Of a DNA stretch of 64,000 nucleotides, positions 9,727 through 20,246 are shown piece by piece. This DNA comes from an uncultured Bacteroidales bacterium (lineage in GTDB: Bacteria > Bacteroidota > Bacteroidia > Bacteroidales > FEN-979), in assembly GCA_903885595.1 (NCBI GenBank), contig CAISJJ010000250.1, forward strand, positions 12,207-76,206. Direction: 5' to 3'. The translations under genes were made by a program, and so were the position numbers. Under the pieces are notes generated by a model, which worked only from the letters and a program-made list of their open reading frames with translations, was not told the DNA's origin and did no database searches. Every line of letters begins with the position of its first letter. The first letter of the stretch is position 1.

Positions 9727-10779
9727 TTATATTTTAACTATCTTACTGATGACAACCTTTTTGTCGAAAGTGAAACGCAAATAATAAATACCAGGGGTCA
9801 TTCCATTCGCTACCCCGTCAAGTTCTCCGGTGTGCAATCCCTCGGGCTGAACCTGATTCTTAACAAGTTGTAACCTATTTTTTCCCGTCATATCGTACAA
9901 CTCAATCGAAACAGGGAGTTCTTTTCTCAGAAAATAGTTATAGGAAATTTGTTCACTGAATGGATTTGGGAACAGGATTACAGAAACATCCGATTTATCT
10001 ACCTGGTTTTGTGGCTCATCCACATTTGTGAGTGCATTGTTTTCGTCACGCTGTTCAAGATTTACAAATGCAGTTTTGGTTACGGTGGGCTCAAGCGTAC
10101 TTGTTTGATATTCCATGGAACTAAGACTTAAAACCGGGTATCTCATTCCGGGAGCATACCATAAATATCTGACAGATTTAGAAACAGTTGATCCGCACAT
10201 GTTGCGGTCTAATCCATCCCTTGTGATTTTTACACGTAAAGCATTTTTTATAACACGATCGGGGAATATCAGGGTCCCAAAAGCATCTGCACTCACAATA
10301 TAATCGCCACTGACATCAATCCGGGATACTTCCTTGTAAATGGCAATGCCTTCATAAGTATCGGAAAACTGTTCGCCAAAGGAAAACGGATATTTCATTT
10401 TTACGATCGGATCGGAATATACAAGTGTCATTTCCTTTTCAATGTTAAACAAGCCCTTTTCTTCGAAGCCATTCTCACTGAAATTATAAAAATATTCATA
10501 TCCGGTGTCATTAAGCAACAGGTTAAAGTCACTGACTCCCGACAGGTTCTTAGAAGGAACAGATTTAATTATGCTTTCAGGACTCTTACCCGTATATTGA
10601 ATTTTCGAGAAATCCCAAATCTGATTCGCACCGGCATTACCAGGATCAGTATATTGTATTTCGCGATAAACATTTACATCGCCTGATAACAAGGCATTGT
10701 TTTTATAAGTCAACGCGGTTTGTGCCCACAAACTCATCGAAATTACCAGAAGGACGGAAGAAAGTATTACCTTTTTCAT
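9727..10779 (-). CDS. T9SS type A sorting-domain protein
   Basis: Signal peptide; C-terminal LFPNPF...LYDMTG...GIYYLRF...KIVK tail. Confidence 0.85.
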   Translation of the reverse strand: MKKVILSSVLLVISMSLWAQTALTYKNNALLSGDVNVYREIQYTDPGNAGANQIWDFSKIQYTGKSPESIIKSVPSKNLSGVSDFNLLLNDTGYEYFYNFSENGFEEKGLFNIEKEMTLVYSDPIVKMKYPFSFGEQFSDTYEGIAIYKEVSRIDVSGDYIVSADAFGTLIFPDRVIKNALRVKITRDGLDRNMCGSTVSKSVRYLWYAPGMRYPVLSLSSMEYQTSTLEPTVTKTAFVNLEQRDENNALTNVDEPQNQVDKSDVSVILFPNPFSEQISYNYFLRKELPVSIELYDMTGKNRLQLVKNQVQPEGLHTGELDGVANGMTPGIYYLRFTFDKKVVISKIVKI

Positions 10780-11026
10780 AGTTTAAGATTTTTTAATTAA
10801 TAATCAGCCTTTCTATTCATAGGTATCAATCATGATAGCATGAAACTGGTTTTTATGAATACCTTTAGCCTCTATTTTTTACAAAAATACTGTTTTTTTT
10901 GTTGGATTATTTCATCATTTTGTTAAATTTTCTGCAAAAATGAATAACCGATTCATTGACAATGGCCTGAAATTGTTATTCCGAAAAAATAATATCTTTA
11001 CACGCGATTAATAAACAGGAAAAATC

Positions 11027-11863
11027 ATGAAGTATATCGGAGCTCATGTGAGCGCTTCGGGTGGCGTTGAAAACGCACCTGTCAATGCGCATGACATCGG
11101 GGCAAAGGCATTTGCGCTCTTTACCCGAAATCAGAGACAATGGAAATCATCACCGCTCACCAAAAGCAGTATTCAGCGGTTCAAAGAGAATTGCGAAAAA
11201 TTTGGGTTTGAGGCAAGGCATATCCTGCCGCACGACAGCTACCTGATCAACCTGGGCCATCCTGAACAGGAAGGTCTTGACAAATCGCGTGAAGCTTTTC
11301 TGGATGAAATGACCCGTTGCGAACAACTGGGCCTCGACCGGCTTAATTTCCACCCTGGCGGGTCATTGGGAAAAATCAGTGATGAAGCGTGTTTGGAACG
11401 TATTGCCGAATCAATCAATACTACCCTGGATAAAACCCATGGTGTTATTGCTGTAATTGAGAATACGGCAGGACAAGGCACAAACCTGGGTTTTAAATTT
11501 GAACAAATCAGGTGCATCATTGATCTTGTAGAAGACAAATCACGGGTTGGCGTTTGTATCGACACATGTCATTCCTTTGCTGCGGGTTACGATCTGACTT
11601 CGGATGCCGCATTTAATGAGACGTTCAGGCATTTCGACGAGACCATCGGTTTTCAATATCTGAAGGCAATGCATATCAACGATTCGAAAAAAGGTTTGGG
11701 AAGCCGGGTCGACCGGCATGACAGCCTGGGGAAAGGAACCCTGGGGCTGGAAGTTTTCAGGCGGCTGATGCACGATCCCAGGTTCGATGACATCCCACTC
11801 ATCCTGGAGACACCGGATGAAACAATCTGGAAAGAAGAAATACAGCTTTTATACAGTCTTTAG
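11027..11863 (+). CDS. nfo: Endonuclease IV
   Basis: [39 protein letters not shown] and LETP metal-ligand motifs. Confidence 0.96.
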   Translation: MKYIGAHVSASGGVENAPVNAHDIGAKAFALFTRNQRQWKSSPLTKSSIQRFKENCEKFGFEARHILPHDSYLINLGHPEQEGLDKSREAFLDEMTRCEQLGLDRLNFHPGGSLGKISDEACLERIAESINTTLDKTHGVIAVIENTAGQGTNLGFKFEQIRCIIDLVEDKSRVGVCIDTCHSFAAGYDLTSDAAFNETFRHFDETIGFQYLKAMHINDSKKGLGSRVDRHDSLGKGTLGLEVFRRLMHDPRFDDIPLILETPDETIWKEEIQLLYSL

Positions 11864-12958
11864 ACTATTCATCAGCTCGTCTGATAATTTCCAGAGTTTT
11901 TTACCATTTTCCGGGTTTGATGCCTGTTCATCTATCTCTTTCCTGCTCATCAGGAATATATAATCGAATGATTTTCCTTCAAAATCATTCGAAGCAGCAA
12001 GATAAACCACCGGAACAGCAGCTTTGGCCGGCGATTTGAAGAAAACACCAAATACCAGTTTCAACAGCGGTATGAAAATCTTCGGGGCTTCACGTGCTAT
12101 GTTCGAATTAACAGGTCCGGGGCACATAGAAAAAACCGAGCAGGTTGTGATTCCATCCGGATTCATCCTGCGCGACAATTCGTAAGAAAAAGTAGTCAGC
12201 AAAAGCTTATAATAACCATACAATTCAATCGATTTACCAATACTATAATCTTTATAGATACCGAAATCATTCCACTGAAAATTTTCCGGATTCCGGTGAC
12301 TTTCAGAAGCTACGAATATGATTCTGGGGATTTTTGATTTTCGATTGGCACTGCCCTGATCCGCTTCGTTTCGGTTTTCGGTTATCGTTTTTGATGGTTG
12401 AATAGTAGTTTTAGGGTTTGACTGGTTGCCTGAATGATCGATCACAGGCATTCCTGAGAAAATCCCAAAACATTCATTTTCAATAAGCAGGTTCACAAAG
12501 ATAAATTTCGAGAAATAGTTTACCATAAACATCTCTTCAAGTCCCTGCCTGGTTTTCCGGCTTTGTTTCGGAACAATCCCGGCATTGCATACCAGGACAT
12601 CAATTGGAGTGTATTTGGCTTTGATTTCGGTAACAAGATTATGGATACTGACAGTATCCGAGAAATCAACATGCAGCATGTGAATGTCCTTGTTCCCAGA
12701 AATTTTCTTTACCTTTTCTCCCTGACCGGGAATACCGCTTCTGCATGCCATGATAACCCTGGCTCCCCGCCTGGCCAGGTCAGTAGCAACAGCAAATCCA
12801 AGGCCTGAACTTGCCCCATCGACCAGGACGGTCTTCCCGTCTAAGCGGTCTGAGAGTTTAAGTGTTCCGGCAGGTATTTGTTTGCGAAATAGGTCAGCAA
12901 TACCTGTCAGGGTGGCGGTTACCGGATTATCATATTTCCTATGCTTGTTGATTGCCAT
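11849..12958 (-). CDS. SDR oxidoreductase (retinol dehydrogenase/WWOX-like) with an internal insertion
   Basis: [18 protein letters not shown] and YGYYK motifs. Start MAINKH at 12958 overlaps the sulfotransferase stop. Confidence 0.85.
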   Translation of the reverse strand: MAINKHRKYDNPVTATLTGIADLFRKQIPAGTLKLSDRLDGKTVLVDGASSGLGFAVATDLARRGARVIMACRSGIPGQGEKVKKISGNKDIHMLHVDFSDTVSIHNLVTEIKAKYTPIDVLVCNAGIVPKQSRKTRQGLEEMFMVNYFSKFIFVNLLIENECFGIFSGMPVIDHSGNQSNPKTTIQPSKTITENRNEADQGSANRKSKIPRIIFVASESHRNPENFQWNDFGIYKDYSIGKSIELYGYYKLLLTTFSYELSRRMNPDGITTCSVFSMCPGPVNSNIAREAPKIFIPLLKLVFGVFFKSPAKAAVPVVYLAASNDFEGKSFDYIFLMSRKEIDEQASNPENGKKLWKLSDELMNSLKTV

Positions 12959-14306
12959 ACAGTTCTGATATAAAAAGCTGATAATGTGTTGTATGCTTGT
13001 CGATATCCGCCTCACTGAGCCCGAAATCAGCCAGTGAATACCTGTGTTCTCCATGCTTTTGGTGCGGATGATCCAATTCATGCTGCCGAAAGCGTTCGGT
13101 AAGCGCGGGAGTTAGTCCCCCGTTCAACTGGTATATTTTCGAAAGTTCACTGATTGAATCGGTGACAAAGTCTTTATAATAGATATCGGTGAATTTCAAA
13201 TTGTTGTTGCCATTCAGCCTATAATCAAGCGCTTTGTCAAGCATATACCCGGTTTTGCGCACCCAGTGATCAGCGACCTGGGTTACATCGACATGATTGC
13301 TGAATATCATACGATTATAGGTGACCATGCTCAAAAATGAAGGAACGGATTCATAAATTTTCCGATGAGGCCACAGAAAATGAACTTTCCCGAAGTGTTT
13401 CTCGATGAGATCGGGAAATTCAAGATGATGTGGTGTTTTCAGCACCCATCGCTTTGCCGGCTTAATGCATTGCAGGAATTTTAATAACTTGGCTGCATAC
13501 GCGTATGCATCAGACTGATCTGTGTGTTCCAGCCAATCTGAATAGGACGGGACATGCATCATCGATTCGGGTGTCGTACTGAGGAAGCTGATGTCAAGCA
13601 TCAGGATGTCCTCTTCCGGTTGCATGGCATCAATGGGATGAATGGCAAAAAACCCGGGCGACATGAACTTCAGGGCTTTAACAGAAGTATTTGCGATGGC
13701 AATACGTTTGTCCTTTGGACTTGGATAAAATGGAAGGGGTTGGTGGATGGGTGAATGGGTGAAAGGGTTAGCCGTTGACTGAGTACCATCATGGGTTGTA
13801 TGATCTTGAATTAGTGACAGATCGTATAAATCCAGGTTGATCGGAACCGGGTTTATCACCTCCCAGCTTGGGATCACACGATGGTCGGGATCTTCGGCAA
13901 GGAGGCGCTGCATTTTTGTGGTGCCTGTTCGTTGCAGGCCGACAATGATCCATGCAGGATAAATCTCCTGGTCAAGAATCTGTGGGTATTTGTTAAAAAA
14001 ATATTCAGCGCGCAAACGAATACTCAATAAGCTGACAAAACGCTGCCAGGTTATGAATCGCCCGATCGGATGGAGGTTAGCCTCTTCGTTCACTGCCTGC
14101 AGCAACCTTTCAAGGGGTTCATCATGAAAATCATTTCCAAAATTATCCAACCCGGTAATTCTCCTGGCAGATCTGATAAGGTCATCCTTATCAAGCCTGA
14201 TTTTAGTCCCTAATGAATAAGTTCCTTGCCAGCATTGATTGATTCCTCTGAACCAAAACGGACTTTTACGGAAGTTTTGTTGCACTGCAGGCTGTTTTTC
14301 AATCAT
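12939..14306 (-). CDS. PAPS-dependent sulfotransferase (Sulfotransfer_3 type)
   Basis: 5'-PSB loop IVGLQRTGTT, WVLKTPHH, and a C-terminal HRYSLADFGL segment typical of the family. Confidence 0.88.
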   Translation of the reverse strand: MIEKQPAVQQNFRKSPFWFRGINQCWQGTYSLGTKIRLDKDDLIRSARRITGLDNFGNDFHDEPLERLLQAVNEEANLHPIGRFITWQRFVSLLSIRLRAEYFFNKYPQILDQEIYPAWIIVGLQRTGTTKMQRLLAEDPDHRVIPSWEVINPVPINLDLYDLSLIQDHTTHDGTQSTANPFTHSPIHQPLPFYPSPKDKRIAIANTSVKALKFMSPGFFAIHPIDAMQPEEDILMLDISFLSTTPESMMHVPSYSDWLEHTDQSDAYAYAAKLLKFLQCIKPAKRWVLKTPHHLEFPDLIEKHFGKVHFLWPHRKIYESVPSFLSMVTYNRMIFSNHVDVTQVADHWVRKTGYMLDKALDYRLNGNNNLKFTDIYYKDFVTDSISELSKIYQLNGGLTPALTERFRQHELDHPHQKHGEHRYSLADFGLSEADIDKHTTHYQLFISELYGNQQA

Positions 14307-14416
14307 GATCTTTTCCCTTCATCAACTCCTCATTTAAATCGAATCATCTGAAATTTCGAATGTGGTTTATTTCTCTTATTGAGCCAGTCATACCAGTTAA
14401 AAGCAAAACCTTTCGT

Positions 14417-15613
14417 CTATTTATCAATTTTGTAATTCTGGTTGTTAATTTTAACAATGCGGCAGGCCGGTTCAACCTGTTCCGCACCATCAGCCAGCCG
14501 GTACCAGCGCCACAACATGGTACCTTCAGCATGGCCACAGGTGTTGATCCAGTTAGGCAGTGCCGGAACCTGGTGCGCCACGATGACCCGCACCGATCCA
14601 TCCGGTTCATAATGTGCAGAGGCCTTATTGATACATATGGTGAAATACCTGTAATCGAGCGACTCCATCCAGTAATTGTTCAGCTGGAAATTCCATGAAT
14701 CACAATCAGGAGGTTTCACTTCGATCACCAGGGTTTCATCTGGTGCCAGCCGCCAATGACTGTGGTAATATATGATGCGGCCATCGCCTCCGGCTGCATT
14801 TGAAACTTCCGGATCGAACAGCGGCAGCCTGTTTGTATGCTTCTGGTATCCTTTCGCCCATTTTGCAAACATTAACGATGCCCCGGCAACAAACATCGAG
14901 GCTGTTTTCAGGCCCTCATCTATCATGGCAGGAGTAACCGGATCAGGGGCAATTCGTCCATCAAGATTTTCAATGGATACTTCTGCGGCAGTTTCCGTAA
15001 ACCGGTTTAAAAAGGTTTGTCGGACCATCACCATGCTTGTATCATCTTCAGTTTTCAACCAGTTTTTCCCCCGGGGAGATTTACTCAGGATGATTTCAAA
15101 ACTTCCGTCAGGCTCCAGTTTGAGCCCTGAATGCTCAAGGGAGCCGCATGGAGCCATTCCTCCAGTGGTTCCGTAATTTCCGTTTTGTGTAAAAAAACCG
15201 AGATAATGAACGGTATTTCTTCTGCCGGTCAGGCGATAATCGTATTTTCCAATGATCTGGGCATTAAAATAATAGTTATCCGGATTATCTGCTCCCAGTT
15301 TGACTGTTTCATGCGCCATCCGGCGAAGAACAGGGAATGCGGGGTCGCTGTATTCCACAAATGCCTCCAGTCCTCCACGCGTAAGCCGTGTAAGATAACG
15401 CAGCCCTTCGGCCTGGTTAAACGCATCACGCGGGGTGCCAGGGTACATGAGTGAAGCGCCGGCCAATTTCAGGTTATCACAGAACTCCTCCCATGCTTTC
15501 CCTGATTTAACCCTTTCTTCATGGATATCGGTTTCGGTTTTCCCCCGAAGTTTTAATCCGGTCAACCGGATGAATTTTAACATTCCTAAAAAGAAAAAAA
15601 GCAGGTTCCTCAT
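14417..15613 (-). CDS. DUF1214-domain protein of the sulfotransferase-associated type
   Basis: AEGLRYLTRL, GADNPDNYY and WNFQLNNYWMESLDY motifs. Confidence 0.8.
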   Translation of the reverse strand: MRNLLFFFLGMLKFIRLTGLKLRGKTETDIHEERVKSGKAWEEFCDNLKLAGASLMYPGTPRDAFNQAEGLRYLTRLTRGGLEAFVEYSDPAFPVLRRMAHETVKLGADNPDNYYFNAQIIGKYDYRLTGRRNTVHYLGFFTQNGNYGTTGGMAPCGSLEHSGLKLEPDGSFEIILSKSPRGKNWLKTEDDTSMVMVRQTFLNRFTETAAEVSIENLDGRIAPDPVTPAMIDEGLKTASMFVAGASLMFAKWAKGYQKHTNRLPLFDPEVSNAAGGDGRIIYYHSHWRLAPDETLVIEVKPPDCDSWNFQLNNYWMESLDYRYFTICINKASAHYEPDGSVRVIVAHQVPALPNWINTCGHAEGTMLWRWYRLADGAEQVEPACRIVKINNQNYKIDK

Positions 15614-15662
15614 TTTGACTAGAAATAGCTATTATTGCAGAATCGGCAAAGATAGAAAAAAC

Positions 15663-16460
15663 ATGACTGAGGTAAACGGACAATATGGCAATTGGGCGCT
15701 GGTGGCAGGTGCCGCCGAGGGAATCGGGGAAGGTTTTTGCACCGTACTTGCGGCCACAGGATTCAATATCATTTTGGTGGATCAAAACGCCGTGGCCATG
15801 CATGATCTGGCCATAAAAACCGAAAAGACATTTCAGGTTAAAACCCTTGAGGTAAATATCGACCTGGCCGACGAGAATGCCGCTGACAGGTGCATGTACG
15901 TTGCTGCATCGAATGATTGCCGGTTTTTAGTTTATGTCGCAGCCTTTAGCCGGGTATGCCGTTTTACGAACCTTAATCGTGCCGAACTCGATGGATTCCT
16001 GTCGGTCAACACAAGAACCCTCCTCCACCTGGTCCATGGATTCTCGAACAGGTTGATATCGGCCGGAAAAACAGGCGGGATCATCATTGTTTCATCGCTT
16101 GCCGGATTGATCGGACCACAATACGTTGCGACTTATGCTGCAACGAAAGCCTTTGGCATCAGGCTTACCGAAGCGCTTCATCAAGAACTGGGGGAACACG
16201 GGATTGCAATAACCGTATGCTGTGCCGGAACCGTATCGACGCCAACCTACTGGAAAAGCAAGCCAAATTTTGAAAAAATGAAACCACCTGTGATGCAGGC
16301 CATTGATGTAGCGCGATATGCTATCGGGCAGCTCGGAAAAAAGACAATGTGTATCCCCGGAATGACGAACCGGTTACAATATTTCTTCCTGATGAATTTG
16401 ATCCCCCGCAGAATGGCATCCCGCCTGGTGAACAATGCTATGAAAAAAATGTATGGATGA
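15663..16460 (+). CDS. SDR oxidoreductase (17beta-HSD/ketoreductase-like)
   Basis: WALVAGAAEGIG, SSLAG and YAATK motifs. Start set at MTEVNG (15663). Confidence 0.87.
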   Translation: MTEVNGQYGNWALVAGAAEGIGEGFCTVLAATGFNIILVDQNAVAMHDLAIKTEKTFQVKTLEVNIDLADENAADRCMYVAASNDCRFLVYVAAFSRVCRFTNLNRAELDGFLSVNTRTLLHLVHGFSNRLISAGKTGGIIIVSSLAGLIGPQYVATYAATKAFGIRLTEALHQELGEHGIAITVCCAGTVSTPTYWKSKPNFEKMKPPVMQAIDVARYAIGQLGKKTMCIPGMTNRLQYFFLMNLIPRRMASRLVNNAMKKMYG

Positions 16461-16461
16461 A

Positions 16462-16506
16462 AAAAACCACCCTGACAGGCTTGTGGACCCTGTCAGGGTG
16501 GTTTTT
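16462..16506. terminator. Bidirectional terminator / REP-like 18-bp perfect inverted repeat
   Basis: AAAAACCACCCTGACAGG - 9 nt loop - CCTGTCAGGGTGGTTTTT between convergent genes. Confidence 0.8.
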
Positions 16507-16507
16507 A

Positions 16508-17860
16508 CTAGATGCTTCGTTCTTCCAGGGGAATATAATCCCGTGAGGGTTCGACTGTTTTATATGCAGGGCGGATAATCCTGCGACCGCTGATCAACTC
16601 TTCAAGCCGGTGTGCACACCATCCGCTGATGCGGGAAATTGCGAATAACGGAGTGAAGAGTTCCTTGGGTATCTTCAGGCATTCGTAAACGAATCCGGAG
16701 TAAAAATCGACATTCGGGGAGATGAGTTTGTCCTGGGTGCCTTTGAATTCATAGAAAATTCCAGGGCCGATACGTTCGATGGATTCATAGAGTTTCATCT
16801 CATCTTCCCTTCCTTTTTCAATGGAGAGCAGTCTGGCCTTTTCTTTTAACAGGATCGCCCTTGGATCGGATACTGTATAAACGGCATGGCCAAAACCATA
16901 TATTTTCCCTGATTTATCGTGAACCTCCTTGCGGGTAATCTTTCGCAAATACTCGGCGACTTCATCATCATTCTCCCAGTTCTTAACATTGCTCTTAATA
17001 TTCTCCATCATCTCAATTACCTGGATGTTTGCACCACCATGCAGTGGTCCCTTGAGCGAACCAATGGCTGCAACAATAGCCGAATAGGTATCAGTACCGC
17101 TTGAACTTACAACCCGTGTGGTGAATGTTGAGTTATTACCTCCGCTGTGTTCAGCATGGAGCACCAGTGAAAGGTCAAGCAATTCTGCTTCCAGCGCAGT
17201 GTAATCATTCCCTTTTAGCATGTAAAGAAAATTTTCTGCTGTGCTGAGTTTTTTATCCGGGTACCTTACTGTAAGCGTATCATAATAGATCAGGTGCCTC
17301 ATGGCATTATAAGAATACACCGCAATGGTTGATATCTTGGCAATCAGGCTGATGGATTGTCTCAAAATATTCTCAATCGACGTATCATCGGCCTTTGCAT
17401 CCAGGGTATATAATGCCAGGATTGAACGTGCAAGCATATTCATAATGTCCTTGCCTTTCATTGTCAATATCATGTCCCTGTTGAAATTTTCAGGCAGAGC
17501 ACGGAGTTCAGCCATGCCAGCCGAAAACATTTCGAGTTCCTCATTCAAAGGAAGACGGCCAAAAAGAAGCAAAAAAACCGTTTCATCGAAACCGGGGCGT
17601 TTTGCTGTCTGGGATCCACGTACCAAATCCCGGATATCAATCCCCCGGTATATTAATTTACCATCGATTGCCTCAAGTTTGCCATCGATTTTTTCATATC
17701 CGACTACGCTGCCCACACGGGTGAGACCAACAAGTACACCTGTGTGATCGGCATTGCGAAGTCCTCGTTTTACATCAAATTGTTTAAATAGGCTCTCTTC
17801 TATTTTACAGGAATCTTCTGTCAGTTTAGCCAGATCCTGAAGGTAGTCTGCTATTATCAT
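16508..17860 (-). CDS. gltA: Citrate synthase
   Basis: GPLHGGAN, IYGFGHAVYTVSDPR and PNVDFYSG motifs. Confidence 0.95.
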   Translation of the reverse strand: MIIADYLQDLAKLTEDSCKIEESLFKQFDVKRGLRNADHTGVLVGLTRVGSVVGYEKIDGKLEAIDGKLIYRGIDIRDLVRGSQTAKRPGFDETVFLLLFGRLPLNEELEMFSAGMAELRALPENFNRDMILTMKGKDIMNMLARSILALYTLDAKADDTSIENILRQSISLIAKISTIAVYSYNAMRHLIYYDTLTVRYPDKKLSTAENFLYMLKGNDYTALEAELLDLSLVLHAEHSGGNNSTFTTRVVSSSGTDTYSAIVAAIGSLKGPLHGGANIQVIEMMENIKSNVKNWENDDEVAEYLRKITRKEVHDKSGKIYGFGHAVYTVSDPRAILLKEKARLLSIEKGREDEMKLYESIERIGPGIFYEFKGTQDKLISPNVDFYSGFVYECLKIPKELFTPLFAISRISGWCAHRLEELISGRRIIRPAYKTVEPSRDYIPLEERSI

Positions 17861-17867
17861 ATTATTT

Positions 17868-20129
17868 CTATTTTAAGGTTTGCATATAATTAAGGGCGCT
17901 ACCGGCATTGAACCATCGGATCTGCTGGTCGCTGTAACTATGGTTAATGGCAATTTCTTCCGCTGATCCATCGCTGTGATGCAGTTCCAATCTTAACGGT
18001 TTTCCAGGCAAAAAAGTATCAAGGCCGGTCAGGTTTAACACATCATCCTCCATGATCTTGTTGTAATCAGAAGGCGAAACGAATGTCAGTGCCAGCATTC
18101 CCTGTTTTTTCAGATTGGTTTCATGAATGCGGGCAAAAGATTTCACAAGAACTACCCTGACTCCGAGATGACGTGGTTCCATCGCCGCATGTTCGCGCGA
18201 AGATCCTTCGCCATAATTTTCATCACCGACAATTATTGTCGGGATACCTTTGGACTTGAAGAACCGCGCAGTTTTTGATACTTCGCCATATTCTCCTGTC
18301 TCGGGATTTTTTACGGCATTGGTTTTTTCATTGAAATAGTTAACAGCTCCCATCAGCAGGTTATTCGAAATATTATCGAGATGTCCGCGGTATTTGAGCC
18401 AGGGGCCGGCCATGGAGATGTGGTCGGTTGTACATTTTCCCTTTGCCTTTATGAGCAGGCGCATACTTTCGATATTTTTACCGTTCCAGGGTTCAAATGG
18501 TTCAAGAAGTTGCAGCCGGTCAGATGCCGGACTCACACTTACTTCGACTGCTGATGCATGTACAGGAGGCGCAAGATAACCTGCATCCTTCACCTCAAAA
18601 CCATCTACCGGCAGTTCAAACCCGTGTGGTTCATCAAGTTTCACTTCCTGCCCATTTTCGTTAACCAGTGAATCCGTTAACGGGTTAAAGGTGAGACTCC
18701 CTGCCAGTGTCAAGGCAGTAACTATTTCTGGTGATGCAATAAAGCTGTGGGTTCCTGCATTCCCATCATTTCGTTTGGCAAAATTCCGGTTAAATGAATT
18801 CAGAATAGAGTTTTTGCGGTCGGGATTATCAATTTTCCGCGCCCACTGTCCGATACAAGGGCCACAGGCATTGGCCATAATTATGCCTCCTATGGCATGG
18901 AAGACTTCCAGAAGACCATCACGTTCGCAGGTGAAGCGAATCTGCTCTGATCCCGGGGTAACAATAAATTCCGACTTGACTTTCAGGTTTTTCTCAGAGG
19001 CTTGTCTCGCCACAGAGGCCGCACGGGAAATATCCTCATAGGATGAATTGGTACAGGAGCCGATCAGGCCAACTTCCAGCGTTTCCGGGTAATTATTTTC
19101 TTTCACGAATGCTTTGAACTCTGAAATCGGGTGTGCCACATCCGGTGAAAAAGGGCCATTAATATATGGTTCAAGCCCGGAAAGGTCTATCCTGATGAAT
19201 TGATCATAATAGAGCTCCGGATTCATTCTGACCTCGGAATCGGGGCAAAGATATTCGGAATAGTTATCAGCCATCGCGGCAATTTCTTTTCTCCCGGTGG
19301 CCTCCAGGTAGCTCCTCATTTTTTCATCATATGAGAACAGGGAACATGTGGCCCCGATTTCGGCTCCCATATTGCAGATGGTTCCTTTCCCCGTGCAGGA
19401 AAGCGATGCTGCTCCTTCACCATAGTACTCAACAACATACCCGGTTCCCCCTTTTACAGTCAGGAGCCCGGCAATTTTCAGGATCACATCTTTGGCTGAT
19501 GCCCAGCCTGATAATTTCCCGGTTAGTTCAATACCGAGGATTTTCGGCATTTTCAATTCCAGAGGCATGCCCGACATAACATCGACGGCATCAGCACCCC
19601 CAACGCCAATAGCCACCATCCCAAGACCACCTGCATTTGGGGTATGTGAATCGGTTCCGATCATCATTCCTCCGGGAAATGCATAGTTTTCAAAGATAAC
19701 CTGGTGTATGATCCCTGCGCCGGGTTTCCAGAAACCGATTCCATATTTTGCTGAAACCGTTTCCAGAAAATCATACACCTCCTTGTTTTGTGCCAGGGCT
19801 GTCGTTAGATCTGTTTTTACCCCAAGCTGTGCCTGGATAAGATGATCGCAATGTACTGTTGAGGGAACCGCAGCAGTCGGTCGGCCGGCAGTCATAAATT
19901 GCAACAGGGCCATCTGTGCTGTAGCATCCTGCATTGCAACCCTGTCGGGCAGAAAATTGACATAATCAACACCCCGGTGATACGGTTTTTGCGGATCAGG
20001 ATCAAATAAATGGCCGTAGAATATTTTTTCAGTAAGGGTCAAGGGTTTGTCAAGTAATGATTTCGCATGGGAGACCCTATTCGAAATTTTTTCATAACTT
20101 TTTTGTATTAACTTAGTGTCCAGCAACAT
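17868..20129 (-). CDS. acnA: Aconitate hydratase (mitochondrial-type AcnA)
   Basis: [33 protein letters not shown] and GSSREHAA motifs. Confidence 0.95.
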   Translation of the reverse strand: MLLDTKLIQKSYEKISNRVSHAKSLLDKPLTLTEKIFYGHLFDPDPQKPYHRGVDYVNFLPDRVAMQDATAQMALLQFMTAGRPTAAVPSTVHCDHLIQAQLGVKTDLTTALAQNKEVYDFLETVSAKYGIGFWKPGAGIIHQVIFENYAFPGGMMIGTDSHTPNAGGLGMVAIGVGGADAVDVMSGMPLELKMPKILGIELTGKLSGWASAKDVILKIAGLLTVKGGTGYVVEYYGEGAASLSCTGKGTICNMGAEIGATCSLFSYDEKMRSYLEATGRKEIAAMADNYSEYLCPDSEVRMNPELYYDQFIRIDLSGLEPYINGPFSPDVAHPISEFKAFVKENNYPETLEVGLIGSCTNSSYEDISRAASVARQASEKNLKVKSEFIVTPGSEQIRFTCERDGLLEVFHAIGGIIMANACGPCIGQWARKIDNPDRKNSILNSFNRNFAKRNDGNAGTHSFIASPEIVTALTLAGSLTFNPLTDSLVNENGQEVKLDEPHGFELPVDGFEVKDAGYLAPPVHASAVEVSVSPASDRLQLLEPFEPWNGKNIESMRLLIKAKGKCTTDHISMAGPWLKYRGHLDNISNNLLMGAVNYFNEKTNAVKNPETGEYGEVSKTARFFKSKGIPTIIVGDENYGEGSSREHAAMEPRHLGVRVVLVKSFARIHETNLKKQGMLALTFVSPSDYNKIMEDDVLNLTGLDTFLPGKPLRLELHHSDGSAEEIAINHSYSDQQIRWFNAGSALNYMQTLK

Positions 20130-20246
20130 AAATAATTTATTTGAGAATTAAACTAAATGAAACATTCAGGAGTTTAAATGTAATAGTTATTATTAAAAAT
20201 AACGTTATAAATTTATGAAAAATTTCATCTATTAACAAAATTACAT

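Noticed and set aside
12903-12915. CCTGTCAGGGTGG matching one arm of the 16462 palindrome
   Set aside because: It is a single 13-nt match inside coding sequence with no partner arm, so chance is likely.
15435-15662. N-terminal extension of the SDR ORF in the track (similar extensions for dnaK, trxB, xseA and the 11849 SDR)
   Set aside because: The extensions overlap neighbouring genes or promoter regions; downstream ATGs match the family N-termini.
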